Made by a program: the position numbers and the translations under genes. DNA of 21,952 bases. It comes from Thermoplasmata archaeon (GTDB lineage Archaea; Thermoplasmatota; Thermoplasmata; Lutacidiplasmatales; UBA184). This document shows, one piece after another, positions 1 through 6,606 of the stretch. Position 1 is the first letter of the stretch. Every line of letters starts with the position of its first letter. Location of the stretch: contig JAGWLG010000043.1 of NCBI GenBank assembly GCA_028864975.1, positions 1 through 21,952 on the forward strand, written 5' to 3'. Under the pieces are notes generated by a model. The model did no database searches and had not been told where the DNA came from. It saw only the letters and a program-made list of their open reading frames with translations.

Positions 1-178
1 GCGTGTGAAAGCTCCTCAGCAGGGGCACGAGGACTTCGTCCCGGTCCCGTCGGATGAGCTCCTGGAGCTCCGACGCGGCCTCGACCGGTGCCCTCCCGGG
101 GGCACGGCGCGCGTTCTCCTGCGCATCCCATGGGGGGTCGTGCACATGGGTGCTCGCGGGCTCGGTGCCGGGCGCCAT
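1..178 (-). CDS. Hypothetical protein, N-terminal part only (runs off the window edge)
   Basis: ATG at 178 on the minus strand is preceded by an SD-like GAGGTGGTGAGGG. The frame stays open to the window edge: MAPGTEPASTHVHDPPWDAQENARRAPGRAPVEAASELQELIRRDRDEVLVPLLRSFHT. It is not in the ORF track because no stop lies in the window. No family recognised. Confidence 0.45.
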   Translation of the reverse strand, partial: MAPGTEPASTHVHDPPWDAQENARRAPGRAPVEAASELQELIRRDRDEVLVPLLRSFHT

Positions 179-307
179 GCCCTCACCACCTCAGCCCGCG
201 AGAAGAGCTTCCACTGACCTCAGGGTTAGACCGTGGAGAAGCGGCCCCTATCGGTGACTCCCAGGCCCAGGGCACGTTCAAATTCGCAGAGGGCTCTCGC
301 ATCTTTC

Positions 308-877
308 ATGGGCCCCGGGTCGCGAGTTCGAGAGGTTCGCCCCTCGGACCGAGAGGACCTGATCCGAGGGTACCTCGACCTCTACCGCGAACGCGAGGTG
401 GACCCCTTCGTGGGCATCGTCCTCGGGGAGAGAGCTCCCTCCGTGGAGGCCGAGAACAGCTGGTTCGACGGGCTCATGGAAGGTCTACGTGTCGGGAAGA
501 AGGTGGCCTGTGTGGCCGATGTGGGAGGGCACGCGGTGGGCCTCTGCGACGTGACCCGCCGAGGATACGCGGGGGTGGGAGACATCGCTCATGTGGGCGA
601 CCTGGGCATTCTCGTCCACCGAGGTCATCGGGACCAGGGGCTGGGCGAAGCGCTCCTGCGCCGTGTGATCGAGGAATGTCAGGGCCGCTTCGAGCTGCTC
701 GTGCTCTCGGTCTTCGCGAACAACGCGCGGGCGAAGCACCTCTACGAGAAGGTGGGGTTCCGCCACTACGGAACCCTTCCCAGAGGGATCAAGCGGAACG
801 GAGGGTATGTGGACTCGGAGGAGATGTACCTGGAACTCCCCCCGAGGACCGCGGTCCCTCGAAAAAAGAGCGCGTAA
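308..877 (+). CDS. GNAT family N-acetyltransferase (189 aa)
   Basis: Motif A GILVHRGHRDQGLGEALL and motif B VFANNARAKHLYEKVGF. ATG 308 is preferred over GTG 233 because the 25 extra residues look non-coding and an AT-rich TTCAAATT box lies about 25-30 nt upstream of 308. Confidence 0.9.
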   Translation: MGPGSRVREVRPSDREDLIRGYLDLYREREVDPFVGIVLGERAPSVEAENSWFDGLMEGLRVGKKVACVADVGGHAVGLCDVTRRGYAGVGDIAHVGDLGILVHRGHRDQGLGEALLRRVIEECQGRFELLVLSVFANNARAKHLYEKVGFRHYGTLPRGIKRNGGYVDSEEMYLELPPRTAVPRKKSA

Positions 878-878
878 G

Positions 879-884
879 CTTAAT
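879..884 (+). promoter_or_regulatory. Putative TATA box (CTTAAT) of the rpl18e operon
   Basis: AT-rich hexamer in a GC-rich background, about 40 nt upstream of ATG 922. The same hexamer precedes starts at 12701 and 13691. Confidence 0.55.
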
Positions 885-921
885 GAGGGGACCCTAGGTG
901 GCTCCGCTCCCTCGCCGAGCC

Positions 922-1284
922 ATGGTGGCGGAAAAGAAGAACAACCCGGAGCTGCGCAAGCTCATCCGGACGCTCGCCCACCACGGCCGCCAGAAGCAGA
1001 TCCCGCTCTGGGTGGCCGCGGCCGAGCATCTGGACCGCTCGCGCCACGCTCGACGCCCCGTCAACGTGGGCCACCTGGAACGCATCGCCCGCCCCAAGGA
1101 GGTGGTCGTGGTCCCCACGAAGCTCCTCGCGGCGGGGAGCCTCCGTAAGCCTCTCACTGTGGCCGCGCTCGCCTACTCTCCGGGCGCTCGCGAGAAGGTC
1201 CTCGCCGCGGGAGGCACCGCCCTCTCCCTGGAGGAGCTCCTGCTCAAGCACGCGGATGCCAAGGGGGTGCGTCTCATTGCCTGA
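922..1284 (+). CDS. rpl18e: 50S ribosomal protein eL18 (L18e), 120 aa
   Basis: KKNNPELRKLI...W...AEHL..SRHARRPVNVGHL...VVVPTKLLAAG...VAALAYS..AREKV..AGG matches archaeal L18e. It sits directly upstream of L13/S9. Confidence 0.96.
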   Translation: MVAEKKNNPELRKLIRTLAHHGRQKQIPLWVAAAEHLDRSRHARRPVNVGHLERIARPKEVVVVPTKLLAAGSLRKPLTVAALAYSPGAREKVLAAGGTALSLEELLLKHADAKGVRLIA

Positions 1285-2029
1285 AACTTCCGCGACCGCT
1301 TCCTCCTCTCCTCCGAAGGAGACCCCTTCCAAGCCCGCCAACAAGCCCTCAACGCCAGCGACCTCTCCTCCCGCCGCCAAGCCCGCAGCGTCCCCTGCGA
1401 AGCCGAAGCCTTCGGCGGCCGCCCCTGTGGCGAAGCCTGCCGCACCCTCCTCCGCTCCCCCTAAGGCCGAGCCTGCGCCGAAGGTGGAAGCCAAGCCCGA
1501 GGTCAAGAAGGCGAAGGCCGAAGAGAAGCCCGCGGCCAAGAAACCGGCCCCTTCCCCGCCTCGCAAGTGGGAGAAGAAGGCCGCAGCAAAGCCCTCCGGG
1601 CCTCTTCCGAAGGTCGTGGACGCGTCAGGGCTCGTTCTCGGACGCGCCGCGAGCCTGCTCGCGAAGCGGCTGCTCCAGGGCGAGACGATCGCGGTGGTCA
1701 ACACCGAGAAGGCGCTCGTTCTGGGAGGCCGCGCGAGCCTGATGGAGGAGTACCGACTTGCCGTTGCTCGAGGCTCGGTGCGCAAGGGCCCTCACTACCC
1801 CCGCCGCCCCGACCGCATGTTCCGTCGGACCGTCCGGGGCATGCTGCCGTTCCGCCACACGAAGGGAAGGGAAGCCTGGTCGCGTCTCATCACCTACGTG
1901 GGGATCCCCTCGGAGCTGGCCTCGCTCCCCCGCGAGACCCTCGAAGGCGCTAAGCCCCGTCCCTCCCTGAAGCCGCCAATGACGCTCGGAGAGGTCTCGC
2001 GCCATGTGGGAGGTGTCGGTCCATGGTGA
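1277..2029 (+). CDS. rpl13: 50S ribosomal protein uL13 with a 111-aa Pro/Ala/Lys-rich N-terminal extension (250 aa)
   Basis: The uL13 core starts at 1610 (KVVDASGLVLGRAAS...VVNTEKA...KGPHYPRRPDRMFRRTVRGMLP). The proposed start is TTG 1277, with GGGGGTG at 1263-1269 as SD and an 8-nt overlap with the rpl18e stop. No in-frame ATG lies between 1277 and the core. The start codon is inferred. Confidence 0.93.
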   Translation: MPETSATASSSPPKETPSKPANKPSTPATSPPAAKPAASPAKPKPSAAAPVAKPAAPSSAPPKAEPAPKVEAKPEVKKAKAEEKPAAKKPAPSPPRKWEKKAAAKPSGPLPKVVDASGLVLGRAASLLAKRLLQGETIAVVNTEKALVLGGRASLMEEYRLAVARGSVRKGPHYPRRPDRMFRRTVRGMLPFRHTKGREAWSRLITYVGIPSELASLPRETLEGAKPRPSLKPPMTLGEVSRHVGGVGPW

Positions 2030-2439
2030 AGAAGCTCCCGACCCCGATGGTCCAGACCAGCGGCAAGCGCAAGATGTCCATCGCCCGGGCCGTCTTCAAC
2101 CCCGGCCAGGGACGCGTCTGGATCAACGACCGCCCCCTCGAGCTCTGGGAGCCGGAGTTCGCCCGATGGAAGATCCAGGAGCCCCTCGTTCTGGCGGGGG
2201 ACCGCGCCAACTCGCTCGACATCCAGGTGCTGGTAGAGGGTGGAGGGATCATGGGCCAGGCTTCCGCAGCCCGGACCGCGATCGCCCGGGGATTGGTCGA
2301 GTTCCTCAAGGACCCGGCCCTGGCGGAAACCTTCAAGCACCACGACCGCTCGCTTCTCGTGAACGACCCGCGCCGAAAGCTCCCGAAGCGCCCGCAGGGA
2401 CGCGGGGCCCGGAAGCGCCGGCAGAAGTCGTACCGTTAG
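2023..2439 (+). CDS. rps9: 30S ribosomal protein uS9, 138 aa
   Basis: SGKRKMSIARA, VEGGGIMGQASAARTAIARGLV, DRSLLVNDPRRK.PK and C-terminal GARKRRQKSYR. SD GGAGGTG upstream; overlaps the rpl13 stop. Confidence 0.97.
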   Translation: MVKKLPTPMVQTSGKRKMSIARAVFNPGQGRVWINDRPLELWEPEFARWKIQEPLVLAGDRANSLDIQVLVEGGGIMGQASAARTAIARGLVEFLKDPALAETFKHHDRSLLVNDPRRKLPKRPQGRGARKRRQKSYR

Positions 2440-2472
2440 GCAGGGGCGAACTCCAGGAGATCTCGCACGTCC

Positions 2473-2664
2473 ATGATGATGCCGGTTCGTTGCTTCACCT
2501 GCGGGACCCTGGTCGGTCAGCACTGGGATTCCTACCGTGAGCGCACCGCCCGCGGTGAGAGGCCCCGCGTCATCCTGGACGACCTCGGCGTCAAACGCTA
2601 CTGCTGCCGCCGGATGCTCCTATCCCACGTCGACCTTCTGGACGACGTCGGGCCCTACGGCTAA
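2473..2664 (+). CDS. rpoN: DNA-directed RNA polymerase subunit N (Rpo10), 63 aa
   Basis: MMMPVRCFTCG...LDDLGVKRYCCRRMLLSH with the Zn-binding CxxC and CC motifs. Conserved position after rps9. Confidence 0.97.
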   Translation: MMMPVRCFTCGTLVGQHWDSYRERTARGERPRVILDDLGVKRYCCRRMLLSHVDLLDDVGPYG

Positions 2665-2684
2665 GCGCCCTTCGCTCCCCCGGC

Positions 2685-2920
2685 GCGGCTGTCTTGGGCA
2701 TGGCCGCAGGGAGCTTCAGGACCTCCGTCGACCTCCCTTTCGAGGGGGAGCTCGCTGGTGCGCTCCTGAGGCGTTCCGCTTTCTCTCGCCCCTCTTTTCG
2801 GGACGGGGGTGATGCCACCCCAGGGACCCGCGAGCCCGGGTCGGTCCTGCAGGTCAGTGCGCGTGTTAAGAGGACCCGTGTGGGGAGCCCCCGATCTCCA
2901 CTACGGACGGGGCCAAGTCC
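2685..2920 (+). ncRNA. Candidate structured RNA or structured 3' UTR of unknown class
   Basis: Consecutive stems at 2685-2707, 2710-2777 (UUCG-capped), 2789-2808, 2807-2820, 2821-2849, 2877-2906 and 2905-2920. Non-Watson-Crick pairs read as G-U on + but C-A on -, which favours the + strand. No Rfam family recognised, and high GC inflates chance pairing. Confidence 0.3.
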
Positions 2921-2965
2921 GCGCTCGTAGCTTAGGACGGCCTTCCCGCCTTACGCGGGGGCCCA

Positions 2966-2987
2966 GGCGGAGGAATCGCCCTCCGCC
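2966..2987 (-). terminator. Perfect 8-bp hairpin immediately 3' of the surface-protein stop codon (terminator or 3'-stabilising stem)
   Basis: GGCGGAGG-N6-CCTCCGCC abuts the TAG at 2988-2990. There is no U-tract, so the function is inferred. Confidence 0.5.
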
Positions 2988-5900
2988 CTATTCGTCGTCG
3001 TCCTTGTCCTTGCCGCCCTTGGGGGAGGACTTCTCCTCGTCCTCCTCTTCGTCCTCTTCCTCAAGGGCCTTCTTGGGCTTGGCGGACTTCTTGCTGCCGC
3101 CGTGGGTTCGGCGGCGGTAGATGAAGTAGACCAGCGCGAGCACGACCACGACGGCCACCGAGGCGACGATGGCCACGAAGTACTGCTGCAGCGGCGACTG
3201 GTTGATCGTCACCTGCTTGCAGGCGATGTTCGACTTCGACTGGTAGATCTTGCCCGGCTCGTTCGTCGCGGTCCCGTTGCCGCACAGGTTGTACTGTCCG
3301 GCGGAGAGCCCTCCGGTGATCCCGCCGCCCGGGACGGTCCAGTCGATCTTCGCGCGGAAGCTCACGTTGTAGAACAGGTTGTTGGTGTTGCTCGCGTTGG
3401 AGTTCACCACACCCCCCGAGAAGCCGTAGAGTGTCCCGGTCCCGAGGTTCGTGTGGCCGGTGCCCGAGAGGGTCTCGTAGTAGAACTCGACGACCGTCCC
3501 GTTCGCGACCGACCGCGTCCCGCCGACGTTCGTGACGTTGACGTAGAGGGTGTACTTCTGCCCCTCCGTGAGCGTGGACGGGCCACCCTGGATCGTGAGG
3601 TTGAGCAGCTGCAGGATGGGGGTCGTCGTCTGGTTCAACTGGCAGGTGAACGCGTAGGTCATGTTCGCCTCGTTGCCGGCCGAGTCGTTGACGAAGAGCG
3701 TGATGTTGTAGGCGGCGCTCTTCACCGTGGAGGCGGTCTGGGGTACCTGCACGCTCGTCGCGACGGCGGCGCCGTTCGCGGGGTGGAACCAGACGGGGTT
3801 GAAGGAATACCATCCGGTGTTCTCGATCCGCCAGGACTCGTTCTTGACCGTGCCGTTGTGGGGGTCGTTGGTCCACTTGTCGACCAGGCTGATCGGGCAG
3901 TAGCCGCTGCTGAGGGCGGTCCCGCTCGTGACGTTCTTCCCCTCCATGTTCTGGGGACTGAAGAAGCTCCCGCCTTGGACGTTGGCGACGACTCTGGGCT
4001 TCTCCGTGTCGTTGACAATGACGTAGAGCGTCGAGTAGGCCGCGTTGCCAGCAGCGTCGTACTCCTTGAGGACGACCTTGTAGAGCCAGCCGTTGACGGT
4101 GTAGGTGTTCCCGTCGATGACCCGCGTCGTGTTCCACGTACCGGCCCCGTTGAACTGGTAGGTCACGTTCCCGTAGACGCTCGCCGCCTGCTTCCCGATC
4201 GAGAAGTTGGTGGTGTAGTAGGTGGGCCCTGCAGAGATGTTCCAGATCGCGTCAGAGATCTTCCCCATGGGCAGGCGCCAGTCCTGGGCCGAGGTGAGGG
4301 TCGCCTTCGTCCCGTTCGAGAGGATGGAGTCGTTGCTGTACGTCGCATTGACGCGGAGCGACTGGCTCCAGTTGACGCGGAGCATGGAGTCGTTCGAGCT
4401 CAGGCGCACGAGGCCCCGGGTGTCGTTGGAGCTGATGTGGGGGCTCGGGGGCGCGTTGTCGACGAGGACCGTGAAGTTCTGCCAGCTCCTTTGGCCACCG
4501 TTCGCCGTGAGCAGCACGCTCGCGTTCAGCCGACCCAGGGCCGCGCATCCTGCGATGCCGGTCGGACATGCGTACGTGTGGTAGGCCGTGGTGTTGGTAC
4601 GGTAGGTGGGCTTGGAGCTTCCGTCGCCGAAATTCCACAGATAGCTCGTCGCGTTGAACCCGGAGGGGAAGATCGAGCCCGCCGCGGAGAAGCTCACGTT
4701 CTGTCCCAGGCCCACCACGACGGTGTAGTTGTTGTGGGTCGGGCTCAGGATGTTGGTCTTGTTCGCGAACGCGAAGTTGGGGGAGTTCACGTTCACCACG
4801 GCGGTCACGTTCCGGACCTTGACGAGGTTGAATGTGGCGCTACCGTTGGTCGCCCCTAGGGTGGGGGAGTACTGGCTAGTGAGGGTGAAGGCCGACCAGG
4901 TCCCGCCGGGTCCCGCGGCCGTGAGACTCGTCCCTGCGGGCACGGAGGTGCCCGCCTGCAGCACCCAGTCCTTCGGCAGCTGGACCGTGTAGGAGAGCGA
5001 CTGCGACGCCGTCGGGTAGCGGAAGTCCATCGTCAGGGTGTGCGTGGAGGTCTTTTGCGTGACCGCCGAGGCGAGCGAGTAGCTCTCGTTGGTGTAGTGC
5101 CAGAACATCTGGGTGCTGTTGAAGGTCCGGTCCGTGGGGATTCCGCTGTAGGCGTGCGTGAAGGTCCCGCTCTCAGAGAAGTCCGTGCCGTTCACCGTGA
5201 GGTATGACTGCTGGGCCGGATAGATCGGGCCGCTCAGGTTCAGCCAGGATTCGAAGGAGCGCCACGCGCTCAGGGTGCCGTTGATGTTCCCGCTCGCGTA
5301 GTCGACGCCTACCTGTGCGTAGAGGTCGCCCAGGGCAGCGTTAGGGAGCTGGGGGATCACGCTGTCGTTGGAGAGCTTCTGAGTGCTGTTGACCCACGCC
5401 GCACCGAAGGACTGGTTGAAAGCGATCGCCGTGCTCTCCACCGTCGGCGGCGCGGCCCCGAGCGGGGTCACGTGCACCTGCAGGTTCTGTCCCTTGCCCG
5501 TGGGTGAGGCGGTGAAGTACTGCCAGGAGGTCGACTTCCCCTGAGGAGCGACCAGCAGGAGGAAGCGGGTCGAACCTGTCCACGGAGCGACCACGGAGTT
5601 GTAGCTCCCGAACTGGAAGAAGTTGCTTCCGCCCGCGCTCGCCGGGTTCACGAATTGGTAGCGTGCACCGGTTGCCGTGTCATAGAGCGTCAGGTTGGTC
5701 TGGTTGGTGAAGAGATAATGGTCCGTCGGGAACAGGTACCCCTGGACTAGGTAGGGCGCGAGGGTGATGTTCCAGGTGTTCCGGGCAACCGGGACGGTCA
5801 CCTGAGTGTAGTTCGTGACCGTCGTACCGTTCGCGAGCGTGCTGCTCGCGTAGAGGGTCCACGTTCCGGCAGGAAGGTCGCGGGTGAAACTGTAGCTCGC

Positions 5901-6470
5901 GATGAAGCTCCCCTGAGCAAAGACGAGTCCCGGGAAGGAGGGGTCGAGGACCTGCACCGCGGTCGTGTTGTCGTTGGTCTCACCGGTGACGTTGATCGAC
6001 CCGGAGAGAGTGTAGGTGTTCGCGAGCGAGGTCACTCCCCCTAGGTAGAGGGGTCCGCCGCTGTTGAGCAACGACTGGGAGGCGTAGAACGTGTCCGTGG
6101 AGACCCCAAGGGCCCCCGGAAGGATCGTCAGGGTGACAGAACCCCCGCTGGAGCGGTCGTCTTGGGGAGGAACGGCGGCCGTGTACCAGCCCGGGTTGAG
6201 CCAGCAGACCTTGCCGGTGGCATCCGCCTGGCCCGAGAAGAAGACGGCCATACCACCCGCCTGGGTGGTCTGGGTGCAGGTCTGCCCGGAGGACCCCGCG
6301 GCCAACGTCACGTTCACGCCCTTGGGAGCGTAGCTCCCTCCGGCGAGGTGTACGACGATGGCGAGGGTGTTGGTGCTCGTGGGCGCGGCGGTGCTCGCGG
6401 GTGCGAGCATGCTCACGAACAACACCACCAGGGTGGCGGCTAGGGCCCAGCGCTGCGCCCCGATTGGCAT
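2988..6470 (-). CDS. Large secreted, C-terminally membrane-anchored surface glycoprotein with PKD-like and CARDB-like domains; S-layer/cell-envelope protein candidate (1160 aa)
   Basis: Signal peptide MPIGAQRWALAATLVVLFVSMLAPASTA. Thr/Ser/Asn/Gly-rich beta-type composition with about 50 N-x-S/T sequons by manual count. PKD signature YLWNFGDGS, CARDB-like LQLLNLTI...GQKYTLYVNVTNVG, and TM YFVAIVASVAVVVVLALVYFIY followed by RRR. ATG 6470 has SD AGGAGTGA. The ORF-track start at 6572 runs through the promoter. Confidence 0.85.
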   Translation of the reverse strand: MPIGAQRWALAATLVVLFVSMLAPASTAAPTSTNTLAIVVHLAGGSYAPKGVNVTLAAGSSGQTCTQTTQAGGMAVFFSGQADATGKVCWLNPGWYTAAVPPQDDRSSGGSVTLTILPGALGVSTDTFYASQSLLNSGGPLYLGGVTSLANTYTLSGSINVTGETNDNTTAVQVLDPSFPGLVFAQGSFIASYSFTRDLPAGTWTLYASSTLANGTTVTNYTQVTVPVARNTWNITLAPYLVQGYLFPTDHYLFTNQTNLTLYDTATGARYQFVNPASAGGSNFFQFGSYNSVVAPWTGSTRFLLLVAPQGKSTSWQYFTASPTGKGQNLQVHVTPLGAAPPTVESTAIAFNQSFGAAWVNSTQKLSNDSVIPQLPNAALGDLYAQVGVDYASGNINGTLSAWRSFESWLNLSGPIYPAQQSYLTVNGTDFSESGTFTHAYSGIPTDRTFNSTQMFWHYTNESYSLASAVTQKTSTHTLTMDFRYPTASQSLSYTVQLPKDWVLQAGTSVPAGTSLTAAGPGGTWSAFTLTSQYSPTLGATNGSATFNLVKVRNVTAVVNVNSPNFAFANKTNILSPTHNNYTVVVGLGQNVSFSAAGSIFPSGFNATSYLWNFGDGSSKPTYRTNTTAYHTYACPTGIAGCAALGRLNASVLLTANGGQRSWQNFTVLVDNAPPSPHISSNDTRGLVRLSSNDSMLRVNWSQSLRVNATYSNDSILSNGTKATLTSAQDWRLPMGKISDAIWNISAGPTYYTTNFSIGKQAASVYGNVTYQFNGAGTWNTTRVIDGNTYTVNGWLYKVVLKEYDAAGNAAYSTLYVIVNDTEKPRVVANVQGGSFFSPQNMEGKNVTSGTALSSGYCPISLVDKWTNDPHNGTVKNESWRIENTGWYSFNPVWFHPANGAAVATSVQVPQTASTVKSAAYNITLFVNDSAGNEANMTYAFTCQLNQTTTPILQLLNLTIQGGPSTLTEGQKYTLYVNVTNVGGTRSVANGTVVEFYYETLSGTGHTNLGTGTLYGFSGGVVNSNASNTNNLFYNVSFRAKIDWTVPGGGITGGLSAGQYNLCGNGTATNEPGKIYQSKSNIACKQVTINQSPLQQYFVAIVASVAVVVVLALVYFIYRRRTHGGSKKSAKPKKALEEEDEEEDEEKSSPKGGKDKDDDE

Positions 6471-6534
6471 TCTTCGTTCACTCCTTGTGTTCAACGGCCC
6501 TCTCTCGAGAGCCGCGCGGCCCAATTTGGCCCCG

Positions 6535-6550
6535 TTTATATAGTTTGACG
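6535..6550 (-). promoter_or_regulatory. Consensus archaeal BRE + TATA promoter of the surface protein gene
   Basis: The minus strand reads CGTCAAAC-TATATAAA (TATA at 6542->6535). This is the closest match to consensus in the window, about 65 nt upstream of ATG 6470. Confidence 0.8.
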
Positions 6551-6606
6551 GCGGAGCGCGGTCCGACGCCACTTCCCGCCCCTTCCGGGCGTTCTGCTGG
6601 GCGAGC

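Noticed and set aside
2694-2930. 78-aa + ORF whose start faintly resembles Pcc1
   Set aside because: The similarity is limited to a few N-terminal residues. The rest is Arg/Pro/Gly-rich and lacks the Pcc1 C-terminal helix, and there is no clear SD. It cannot be excluded as a small protein, but it is unsupported.
2665-2987. Identification of the post-rpoN region as SRP RNA, RNase P RNA or a cobalamin riboswitch
   Set aside because: No SRP helix-8 motif (CAGG..GNRA..AGCA) on either strand. No RNase P GAGGAAAGUCC or ACAGAA..GGCUUA. Only scattered fragments of the cobalamin consensus. The Alu-like reading needs the minus strand, where the stems contain C-A mismatches.
2921-2987. tRNA-Val(TAC)-like fragment (GCGCTCGTAGCTTAGG...CTTACGC)
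   Set aside because: No matching acceptor 3' strand, D-loop too short, mismatch in the anticodon stem, and no TTC T-loop.
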